Below, piece by piece: positions 10,838 to 18,841 of a DNA stretch of 64,000 bases (position 1 is its first letter; each line of letters begins with the position of its first letter). The translations under genes and the position numbers were made by a program. Under the pieces are notes generated by a model, which was not told the origin of the DNA, did no database searches, and saw nothing but the letters and a program-made list of their open reading frames with translations. Source of the stretch: Tepidamorphaceae bacterium (GTDB lineage: Bacteria > Pseudomonadota > Alphaproteobacteria > Rhizobiales > Tepidamorphaceae); assembly GCA_965250105.1 (NCBI GenBank), contig OZ252290.1, positions 3,449,308 through 3,513,307 of the forward strand, read 5' to 3'.

Positions 10838-11805
10838 CCTTACATTCCGTTCCGATCGCGACGGGAAGCTATCTTCCCGAGCGCGTGCTGACCAATGCCG
10901 ATCTCGCCGAGATGGTGCGCACCGACGATTCCTGGATCCGCCAGCGGACCGGCATCGCCGAACGGCGCATCGCCGCCGACGGCGAATGGACCTCCGATCT
11001 CGGTGCCGAGGCGGCGCGTCGGGCGCTCGCCGCGGCGGGCCTCGGTGCAGAGGACATCGATCTCCTGATCGTGGCGACGGCGACGCCGGACCGCACCTTT
11101 CCCGCCACCGCCGTGGCCGTTCAGGAAAAGATCGGCATGCGCGGCGGCATGGCCTTCGATCTCCAGGCGGTCTGTTCGGGTTTCGTCTTCGCGCTGTCGA
11201 CGGCGGATGCGATGCTGAAGACCGGCGCCGCCCGCCGCGCCATGGTCATCGGGGCGGAAATCTTCTCGCGCATTCTCGACTGGGAGGACCGCACGACCTG
11301 TGTCCTGTTCGGCGACGGCGCGGGCGCGCTGATCCTGGAAGCGCGCGAAGCATCGGCCGCAAACGGTCGCGGCGTTCTGTCCTGCGCGCTGCGCTCGGAC
11401 GGCAGCCACCAGGACAAGCTCTATGTCGACGGCGGCCCGTCCTCGACTGGCACCGTGGGCAAGCTCCGCATGGAAGGGCGCGAGGTCTTCAAATTCGCCG
11501 TCGCGCTCGTCTCCGACGTCATCGAGGATGCGCTGGCCCAGGCCGGCGTGACGGCCGACGATGTCGACTGGTTCGTGCCGCACCAGGCCAATCTGCGGAT
11601 CATCGACGCGACGGCGCGCCGGTTCGGCTGGCCCGACGAGAAGATCGTCAAGACGGTCGATCTGCACGGCAATACGTCCGCCGCCTCGATCCCGCTGGCG
11701 CTCGATGTCGCGGCGCGCGACGGGCGTATCAAGCCGGGTGATCTCGTCATGGTTGAAGCGATGGGGGGCGGCTTCACCTGGGGCGCGGCGCTCGTGCGTT
11801 GGTAA
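10834..11805 (+). CDS. fabH: 3-oxoacyl-ACP synthase III
   Basis: Contains [12 protein letters not shown], the active-site region [17 protein letters not shown] and GGGFTWGA. The ATG overlaps the plsX stop (ATGA). Confidence 0.9.
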   Translation: MTLHSVPIATGSYLPERVLTNADLAEMVRTDDSWIRQRTGIAERRIAADGEWTSDLGAEAARRALAAAGLGAEDIDLLIVATATPDRTFPATAVAVQEKIGMRGGMAFDLQAVCSGFVFALSTADAMLKTGAARRAMVIGAEIFSRILDWEDRTTCVLFGDGAGALILEAREASAANGRGVLSCALRSDGSHQDKLYVDGGPSSTGTVGKLRMEGREVFKFAVALVSDVIEDALAQAGVTADDVDWFVPHQANLRIIDATARRFGWPDEKIVKTVDLHGNTSAASIPLALDVAARDGRIKPGDLVMVEAMGGGFTWGAALVRW

Positions 11806-11913
11806 TTTGCCGGCTCTGCGTTGACGGGTAGCGGCTAAACAAATTAACCTGCGAATTCAATCGGATCGTTGCTTTTCTTGAGGCCCGTATCCGGTGCCGA
11901 CCAGGGGGAAGAC

Positions 11914-12231
11914 GTGACGGGAAAGACTGTAACGCGGGCCGATCTGTGCGAAGCGGTGTATCAGCGCGTCGGGCTGTCGCGCACCGAATCGGCGCATCTC
12001 GTGGAAATGGTGCTGTCGCAGATCGCCGACACGGTGGCCTCGGGCGAGACGGTGAAGCTGTCCTCCTTCGGCTCCTTCGTCGTGCGCGAAAAGGGCGAAC
12101 GGATCGGCCGCAATCCCAAGACCGGCGTCGAGGTCCCGATCTCGCCGCGGCGCGTGCTGGTCTTCAAGCCGAGCCCGATCATGAAGGACAAGATCAATGC
12201 GGGGCTGACCGGCACGGCCAAGAAGGGGTAG
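11914..12231 (+). CDS. ihfA: Integration host factor subunit alpha
   Basis: [30 protein letters not shown]...[23 protein letters not shown] is present. A GTG start at 11914 follows GGGGGAAG. The track ORF begins upstream at 11869. Confidence 0.9.
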   Translation: MTGKTVTRADLCEAVYQRVGLSRTESAHLVEMVLSQIADTVASGETVKLSSFGSFVVREKGERIGRNPKTGVEVPISPRRVLVFKPSPIMKDKINAGLTGTAKKG

Positions 12232-12234
12232 GTC

Positions 12235-12987
12235 GTGGGCGAAAAGTCGCCGGATGCGTTCCGCACCATCAGCGAGGTCGCCGATGACCTTGATCTGCCG
12301 CAGCATGTCCTGAGGTTCTGGGAAACCCGCTTCGCCCAGATCAAGCCGCTCAAGCGCGGCGGCGGCCGGCGCTATTATCGGCCGGACGATGTCCGGCTGC
12401 TGCGCGGCATTCGCCAACTCCTCTATGGCGACGGTTACACGATCAAGGGTGTGCAGCGCATCTTGCGCCAGGAAGGCATTCGTCATGTCATCCGCCTGGG
12501 GGATGGCGACGAGAATGGCGCTACGGTGGAAATCGCGGCGGCGGATGCCAGCGCCTTGACGACCGGGGTGCCACAGAATGCGCCACCATCCCCACGGCCT
12601 GACGCGCCGACGCCGGACCGGTCAGACCTTGTGGATCCCGCGCGGCCGGCCGGTGAAGACGCTGGTCCGGAGGTCGGCGCGCCGCTTTTTGCGGCCACCA
12701 CACCCGTTGCGGAGGCCGAGGCCGGGCCGCCCCGCGTCTTGCAGCGCAAGCGCGCCGAGGCTTATTCGGCCGGGGCGGAGGTTAGCGCGCAAGAGACAGG
12801 TGAAGAGGCCGGCGGCGACTCCGGTTCGGCGACGGCCGGGGCGGAGGCTTCCGCCGTGCCGAACGGGCAGGGAGCGACACCGGCCGGGCATGCCGCCTTG
12901 TCCGAGGCGGACGTTCAGCGCCTCAAGGCGGCCGTCTTCGAACTGATGGAATGTCGACGGATACTGAATGACAGTTCTAATACGTGA
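12235..12987 (+). CDS. MerR family transcriptional regulator with a Pro/Ala-rich C-terminal tail
   Basis: The N-terminal HTH is [25 protein letters not shown]...[12 protein letters not shown]. It occupies the conserved position after ihfA. Confidence 0.8.
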   Translation: MGEKSPDAFRTISEVADDLDLPQHVLRFWETRFAQIKPLKRGGGRRYYRPDDVRLLRGIRQLLYGDGYTIKGVQRILRQEGIRHVIRLGDGDENGATVEIAAADASALTTGVPQNAPPSPRPDAPTPDRSDLVDPARPAGEDAGPEVGAPLFAATTPVAEAEAGPPRVLQRKRAEAYSAGAEVSAQETGEEAGGDSGSATAGAEASAVPNGQGATPAGHAALSEADVQRLKAAVFELMECRRILNDSSNT

Positions 12988-13520
12988 CGCGAACCAATAG
13001 GCATCCCGGCCATTTCAATCGACTGCCTTTTATCGGCACAAAGGATGGTCAGAGCGTATTAGAATTAGAATAATTGAAAATTTCTTCGGTTTTAGCTTCT
13101 TGCTTTGTCACTCGGGAACGCTTCATTTATCTGGTTTTGTCAAATCGTCTAGATGATTTTGAATTTCATTTCATTGGATTGGCATGTGTTATGCTGATGT
13201 CTATGTATTTTGTTCAAAAGTAAAAGATATTTCGTTGTGATGTGTTTGGCTTTTTTTTTCAGTTTTGCGGCGAAGTAAAATATACCGGGATGATTTAAGC
13301 GCCAGTCCATCTCTTTCGATATTTTAGTGCCTCCCTGTAAACTTTGCAGGTCCGTATGGTGGATCATGTCGGGATATTGTGCTGGGCTTCCATGTTATTC
13401 CATTGGATAAGGCGGAATACGCGTTCGCCTGTATATAAAACAACAAACCAGACCTGTCCTATCTGCGTAAGACATCTAGGCTATGTCGCAGTCTTAGTGT
13501 CTCACGCATGAGGGAAGGCA

Positions 13521-13712
13521 ATGGAACAGCTGAAATCAACAAACCAATCGCATCCGCACGGTTCGGAAATCGCCCTTCTGGAGCATGTCTATTCGGGCTT
13601 GACGCAGCGCCGGGATCTGTTCGGTGCCTATCTGCTCGGCATGGTCATCGACCATCTGCGCATCGATTGGGAAGCGGTATCCGACAGGGCGGACAGGCGG
13701 TCGGGCGTCTAG
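13521..13712 (+). CDS. Hypothetical 63-aa protein
   Basis: AGGGAAGG lies 3 nt before the ATG. The composition is host-like, unlike the AT-rich block upstream. A perfect 18-bp hairpin follows the stop. I recognise no family. Confidence 0.3.
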   Translation: MEQLKSTNQSHPHGSEIALLEHVYSGLTQRRDLFGAYLLGMVIDHLRIDWEAVSDRADRRSGV

Positions 13713-13713
13713 T

Positions 13714-13769
13714 GCATCATCCGTTCAGGTTTCAGCGCTTCGTGCTGAAACCTGAACGGATAAAGATGC
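13714..13769. repeat. Perfect 18-bp stem hairpin, a member of a dispersed repeat family and a possible terminator
   Basis: ATCCGTTCAGGTTTCAGC (13719-13736), loop GCTTCGT, then GCTGAAACCTGAACGGAT (13744-13761). The 15-mer GCATCATCCGTTCAG recurs in reverse complement at 45561-45575. Confidence 0.7.
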
Positions 13770-13935
13770 GCCAACACCCGAGATATCGAGCAGACTGGTT
13801 CGGTCCGGTTGTATCGATAAGAGGCAATCGGACCGGATCTTGCTCTAGCGGCGCGCTGCGCCGCGCCTGTCGCGGCGCAATCCACTCTTGCGCCTAACCG
13901 ACAAAGACCCTAGACCAGCGGAGCCGTTCGGCAGT

Positions 13936-14013
13936 CGGAGCGTGGCGCAGCCCGGTTAGCGCACCGGTCTGGGGGACCGGGGGTCGCGAGTTCAAATCTC
14001 GCCGCTCCGACCA
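13936..14013 (+). tRNA. tRNA-Pro (anticodon GGG)
   Basis: Hand-folded cloverleaf. The acceptor is CGGAGCG/CGCTCCG, the anticodon arm is CCGGT-CTGGGGA-ACCGG, the T-arm is GTTCAAATC, and the CCA is encoded. Confidence 0.9.
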
Positions 14014-14041
14014 TTTTCCCCGCTATACCGCCTAATCGCCA

Positions 14042-15331
14042 TTAAGCGCCGCGCGGATCGCACGCCAAGCCGCCGTCGCGCACGGCCACGGGTGGGGTCG
14101 CGGCCTGAACGGGCCGTGCCGTCAGGCCCCAGATCAGGCCGATCAGAAGATAGAAGTGCCGCCAGCGGTCGGTGTCGATGATCAGCCCTTCGAGGGCGAG
14201 GCCGATCAGCGTGGCGACGGCACAGATCAGGACGGGCTGCAGCGGCGAGGGGCGCAGCATGGCGCGGCAGCCGCGCATGAGTGTCCAGATGACGAGCGAC
14301 AGATAGGCCATAGCGCCGACCCAGCCGCTGGTCATCAGCGTGTTGAGATAGACATTGTGCGGGTCCTCGATGAAATATCGGCGCCCGAATTCCAGCGCGC
14401 CGATGCCGAGCGGCCTGTCGAGCGCCAGGCTGAAGCCCGCGAGATGCCGGCCGAACCGTCCTTCCGGCCCCTGATCATAGGATTGGTCGAGCGAGAACCG
14501 GTCGGCCATCAACTCGGCCACCTGATCGATCGACAGCGCCACCATCAGAAGAACCACGAGGCCGGCCAGGCCGAGCCCACAGAGCAGAATGGTCCTGAGC
14601 CGGCTGAAGAAGCCGTCGGACAATACCAGCCTGAAAAACACCACGAGCGCGCCCGAGATGGCCAGGTGCAGCCAGGCGCCGCGCGAAAAGGTGAGCAGGA
14701 TCGCCAGCGCGAGAAGGCCGAGAACACCAGCCGAGAGCAATGCCTTGGCCGGGCGGTCGGACAATAGGCTCATCAGCGCCAGCATGGCCGGGAACATCAG
14801 GAAGGGGCCGAGGACGTTGGGGTCCTGGAAGGTGCCGCGCGCGCGTCCGTAAAGCGTCAGAAGATCGTAGCCGATGCCGAAATAACCCGCGATGCCGGCC
14901 AATGCCGCGATCGTGCCGGCCACCAGATAGGCCGAGGCGATCAGCTTCACCCGCGGCACGGGATCGGCGGCGACGAAGATCGCGAAGAACAGCGACGTGG
15001 CGGCCAGAAATCCGGTGACGACGGTGTAGAACAGCGCGTCGCCCGGCGGCTCGGCCTGCAGAGACCCGACGAAGCCGCAGGCGAGGAAGACGACCAGCAG
15101 CAAAAAGAGCGGCGCCAGGCTGGGGGCGATGCGGATGCCGAGGATCAGATAGAGCCCGAAACAGCCCAGGACAAGGAATTCGTAAGGTGCCGGTTCGAAG
15201 AACACGATGCCGCTGACCGCGACCGTGATCCAGACGAGCAGCGCGGCTGCCTCATGGGCGAGACGCCGACCGGCGGCGACATAATCGGTGACCAGCGGCG
15301 TCGCCGCATGCGATGTCGGCGACAGGCTCAA
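14042..15331 (-). CDS. O-antigen ligase / Wzy-like polysaccharide polymerase family membrane protein
   Basis: This 429-aa protein has at least 10 TM segments and a Wzy_C-like block (LLTFSRGAWLHL). It lies in a polysaccharide cluster and its start overlaps the stop of the upstream gene. Confidence 0.75.
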   Translation of the reverse strand: MSLSPTSHAATPLVTDYVAAGRRLAHEAAALLVWITVAVSGIVFFEPAPYEFLVLGCFGLYLILGIRIAPSLAPLFLLLVVFLACGFVGSLQAEPPGDALFYTVVTGFLAATSLFFAIFVAADPVPRVKLIASAYLVAGTIAALAGIAGYFGIGYDLLTLYGRARGTFQDPNVLGPFLMFPAMLALMSLLSDRPAKALLSAGVLGLLALAILLTFSRGAWLHLAISGALVVFFRLVLSDGFFSRLRTILLCGLGLAGLVVLLMVALSIDQVAELMADRFSLDQSYDQGPEGRFGRHLAGFSLALDRPLGIGALEFGRRYFIEDPHNVYLNTLMTSGWVGAMAYLSLVIWTLMRGCRAMLRPSPLQPVLICAVATLIGLALEGLIIDTDRWRHFYLLIGLIWGLTARPVQAATPPVAVRDGGLACDPRGA

Positions 15332-16887
15332 TAGGCGTTGTCCGGTTTCGACACGAGCGAGATCGGCGTCACGGCCAGGATGTAGAGGTCGAACCAGGGC
15401 GACCAGTTCTCGATATAGTAGAGGTCGTGCTCGACACGGCGTTCGATCTTTTCCCGTGTATCGGTCTCGCCGCGCCAGCCATTCACCTGGGCCCAGCCGG
15501 TGATCCCCGGTTTCACCCGGTGGCGGGCGAAATAGCCGTCGACCACCTGGTCGTAGAGCGTGTTCTCGGCCTTGGCCTCGAGCGCGTGCGGGCGCGGGCC
15601 GACGAGCGACAGATCACCGCGCAAGACATTGAACAATTGCGGCAATTCGTCGAGGCTCGTCTTCCGGATGAAGCGACCGACGCGGGTCACGCGCGGGTCG
15701 TCCCGGGTGACGAGCTTGCTGGCGGTGGCATCGCAGCGGTCGGCCCGCATGGAGCGGAACTTGTAGACCTCGATTAGTTCGTTGTTGAAGCCGTAGCGCT
15801 TCTGCTTGAACAGGATCGGCCCCTTGCTGTCGAGGCGCACCGCGAGTGCTGTCGCCAGCATGACCGGCGACAGCGCGACGATCAGCCCGAAGGAGACGAC
15901 CCGGTCGAAGACCTGCTTGGCGAACACGCCCCAATCGGTCAACGGCTTGTCGGCCATGTCGAGCATCGGCACGCCGCCGACATAGCTGTAGGCGCGCGGC
16001 CGGAAGCGCAGGCGGTTGGCATGCGCGCTGAGCCGGATATCGACCGGCAGCACCCAGAGCTTGGCCATCAGGTCGAGCACGCGCTTTTCCGCCGTCATCG
16101 GCAGCGTCACGATCAGCATGTCGATGCGCGTCTGGCGGCCGAAGGCGATCAGTTCGTCGATCGTGCCGAGCTTGCGGTAGCCGGCGACGATTTCCGGCGA
16201 GCGCTCGGCGCCGCGATCGTCGAAGACGCCGATGATGGTGATGTCGCTGTCGTCGGTCTGTTCCAGCGCGCCGATGAAATCAGCGGCGTTCTGCCCGCCG
16301 CCGATGATGACGGCCCGGCGGTCGAGGCGCCCCTGCCGGATCCAGCCGTGAACCTGGCGCGACAGGCTATAGCGCCAGCCGACCAGCAACAGGCCGCCGG
16401 TGACGAACCACAGTCCGAACCAGATCCGCGAGAATTCGTCGCCGACCTTGCCGAAGAAAGCGATGGTCGTCAAAAGCGCGAAGACGAGCGCCCAGCCGCC
16501 GAGGATCGGCGCGATCTGGTGGTGGAAATTCTGCATCGCCGCGATGTCGTAGAGATGGAAGATGCGGAACGCCGCGATGGCGAGGATGACGGCCGTCAGA
16601 AAGGCGATCGGATAGAAGGGCAGGAAGCCGACCTGCGGCAGGACATAGATGGCGTAGGTGGCGATCCCGGTCGCCATGATGATCGCGGCATCGGTCGCCA
16701 TCACGCCGCCGATCAGCATGGCGCGCGAGATGCGGTTCCGCTCCGATCGTCCGGCGATGCTGGCGGCCAGCGGATTGAGCGGGGCTAGGCCCGCGGCATT
16801 CCGCGTGTCGTCATGCGCCACCTCGGCATCGGCGGTCGCGGCGGCTTCCAGGACATCGGTGACCCCGATGCCTCCCTTGCTTTCCAT
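15328..16887 (-). CDS. Polyprenyl-phosphate hexose-1-phosphate transferase (WbaP/ExoY-type priming glycosyltransferase)
   Basis: The C-terminal bacterial sugar-transferase domain is present: [23 protein letters not shown]...[19 protein letters not shown]...[10 protein letters not shown]-terminal TM segments and a central Rossmann-like region are also present. Confidence 0.9.
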   Translation of the reverse strand: MESKGGIGVTDVLEAAATADAEVAHDDTRNAAGLAPLNPLAASIAGRSERNRISRAMLIGGVMATDAAIIMATGIATYAIYVLPQVGFLPFYPIAFLTAVILAIAAFRIFHLYDIAAMQNFHHQIAPILGGWALVFALLTTIAFFGKVGDEFSRIWFGLWFVTGGLLLVGWRYSLSRQVHGWIRQGRLDRRAVIIGGGQNAADFIGALEQTDDSDITIIGVFDDRGAERSPEIVAGYRKLGTIDELIAFGRQTRIDMLIVTLPMTAEKRVLDLMAKLWVLPVDIRLSAHANRLRFRPRAYSYVGGVPMLDMADKPLTDWGVFAKQVFDRVVSFGLIVALSPVMLATALAVRLDSKGPILFKQKRYGFNNELIEVYKFRSMRADRCDATASKLVTRDDPRVTRVGRFIRKTSLDELPQLFNVLRGDLSLVGPRPHALEAKAENTLYDQVVDGYFARHRVKPGITGWAQVNGWRGETDTREKIERRVEHDLYYIENWSPWFDLYILAVTPISLVSKPDNAY

Positions 16888-16960
16888 TTTTGGCGCTCCT
16901 GGCGGCGAGATGACAATTCTTGTCAGCCTTGAGAGCTAGCAGTCAGGAGTCAAAAAGGGT

Positions 16961-18163
16961 TTAAACAAGTCCCGCAATCGGGGCGGATTTGTCCATTCGT
17001 CGAGACGACACCGTCTCATAAGCGGACAGGATCCTGTCCGTCATGGCCGCGATGGTGAAGTTGGCGCGGACATTTTGGCGCACCCGATCCATCACGTCAT
17101 GAAATCGCGCGTCACCGTCTAGGGCCGTGCGCAGGCCCGCCGCCAGGAGATCCGGCGCGTCCGGCGGGATAAGAATGTCCCGATCGGCGCCGAAGATCTC
17201 CGGAATGCCGCCGACACGGGTCGCGACGATCGGTTTTCCCGCCGCGATGGCCTCGAGCACGATATAGGGCAGGGATTCGGCGCGCGACGGCACGCAGACG
17301 ACCCGTCCGCGCCCGAAGGCGGTGCGGGCGGGTTCCGGCGGATGGAAGCGGATCCGCGCGGGGGACGCCGCTTCGGCGCGCGCGCGCAGCGCATCGGCGT
17401 CCGGTCCGCTACCGACGATCGACATGGAAATCGGTCTGTCCCGGGCGAGGTGTCGACCGGCATCGATCAGCGTGTCGACGCCTTTCAGGTCGCGCAATTC
17501 GCCGATGAAGACGACGTCGTCGACCATGTCGTCAGTCATGCCGGCGGCATGCCCGGCTGGCGCGAAATCGTCCGGTCGGAGGCCGTTATGGATCACCATG
17601 GCCGGAGCGGCCGGGCGCCCGATCTTGCGAACCGTCGCGTCCCGGCTGAAGGCGCTTTCGAACAAGAAGAGATCCGTCAGCGGCATCAGCAGGCGTTCAA
17701 GACCGAGAAAGACGAAGCCTTTCGGACTCTTGCGGGAAAAATGCAGGCTGCCGCCATGCGGCGTATAGACCCGCACCGGCCGGGGCATATGGGAAGGGCG
17801 CATCGGCGGCGCGAGCCGGGCATAGGCCCCGCCCTTGGCGCCATGGCCGTGAACGACCGTGGCTTCCTTGTCGGCGAGTTCCCGGGCGATCCGCCGGGTG
17901 GCCCCGATATCGCCAAGGCCCGGCGCGCGGCTCATCTCAAGGCGCGTCAGGCCGAGCGTCAGCCAGCCGCGGGCATCGGCAAGCCGGCTTTCGGCCATGT
18001 CCGAGCCCGGTGTCGCGTCGCAAACAAGGCCGACATCATGGCCGCGTTTCGCCTGTTCCTCCGCGAGATCGAGGACATGGCGGAACAGCCCGCCGAGCGG
18101 GGCGCGGAAGACATGGATAATGCGGTGGCGATGCGGCGCGCGGGGCGCGCCCGCGCCGGTCAT
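16961..18163 (-). CDS. Glycosyltransferase family 4 (GT-B, GT1 clan)
   Basis: The region from MTGAGAP...IIHVFRAPLGGLFRHVLDL to ...VCVPSRAESLPYIVLEAIAAGKPIVATRVGGIPE carries an E-x7-E-like motif. The ATG at 18163 overlaps the stop of the export gene (ATGA). The 623-aa track ORF is an artefactual upstream extension. Confidence 0.85.
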   Translation of the reverse strand: MTGAGAPRAPHRHRIIHVFRAPLGGLFRHVLDLAEEQAKRGHDVGLVCDATPGSDMAESRLADARGWLTLGLTRLEMSRAPGLGDIGATRRIARELADKEATVVHGHGAKGGAYARLAPPMRPSHMPRPVRVYTPHGGSLHFSRKSPKGFVFLGLERLLMPLTDLFLFESAFSRDATVRKIGRPAAPAMVIHNGLRPDDFAPAGHAAGMTDDMVDDVVFIGELRDLKGVDTLIDAGRHLARDRPISMSIVGSGPDADALRARAEAASPARIRFHPPEPARTAFGRGRVVCVPSRAESLPYIVLEAIAAGKPIVATRVGGIPEIFGADRDILIPPDAPDLLAAGLRTALDGDARFHDVMDRVRQNVRANFTIAAMTDRILSAYETVSSRRMDKSAPIAGLV

Positions 18164-18738
18164 AGCCAACGCTCGTGCACGGTCACCGTGTCGCCCGGCC
18201 GGATCGGGTGGTCGAGCGGCACGTCCGTCTCGATGATGACCCCGTCGATCTGCCGCGAGATCGTCACCCCGCGCTTGACCGAACGCGGCGTGAAGCCGCC
18301 GGCGATGGCGACCGCCGTGCGCGCCGTCATGCCGGCGACATAAGGAAACCGGCCCGGCGCCTGGACTTCGCCGAGGACGAAGAAGGGGCGGAATTCGGCG
18401 ATCTCCAGCGTCACATTCGGATCGCGCAGGAAGCCCGCCTGCAGCCGGTGGGTGATGGCCGCGTCGAGCTGGTCGAGCGTATGCCCTCGGGCTGGCACCG
18501 CGCCGATCAGCGGCATGGCGAGCATGCCTTCCGGATCGACGGTATAGCTGTTGGTCAGATCGGTCTGGCCGAACACGATCACCCGCAGGCGGTCGCCGCT
18601 GTCGAGCCGGTAGGGCGCTTCGAGGCTGTCGGCGAAACGCGGATCGACGTCGCCTGCCCCGGCACAGGCAGCGGCGCCGAGAACAAGAACGCAGGCAATG
18701 ACGCGCGCGACCCACACGGTCCACACTCCGAAAAACAT
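18160..18738 (-). CDS. Polysaccharide export outer-membrane protein (short Wza/HfsD/UppC-like)
   Basis: A signal peptide is followed by the Poly_export motif YRLDSGDRLRVIVFGQTDL...VDPEGMLAMPLIG and an SLBB-like region VLGEVQAPGRFPY. Confidence 0.85.
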   Translation of the reverse strand: MFFGVWTVWVARVIACVLVLGAAACAGAGDVDPRFADSLEAPYRLDSGDRLRVIVFGQTDLTNSYTVDPEGMLAMPLIGAVPARGHTLDQLDAAITHRLQAGFLRDPNVTLEIAEFRPFFVLGEVQAPGRFPYVAGMTARTAVAIAGGFTPRSVKRGVTISRQIDGVIIETDVPLDHPIRPGDTVTVHERWL

Positions 18739-18841
18739 CTAGACAAGCTTCGGCGAAGTTAGGCGCGCCATGGTTAAGGAATGGTCTCCGCCGCCGCGAC
18801 GGCCAGGTTAACCGGGCGGTTACTCTGTTCATGGATAGCTG

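Noticed and set aside
13149-13367. A 72-codon minus-strand ORF inside the AT-rich block.
   Set aside because: It has no Shine-Dalgarno site. Its Lys/Ile/His-rich composition simply mirrors the AT-rich DNA, and there is no family resemblance. The open frame is probably there by chance.
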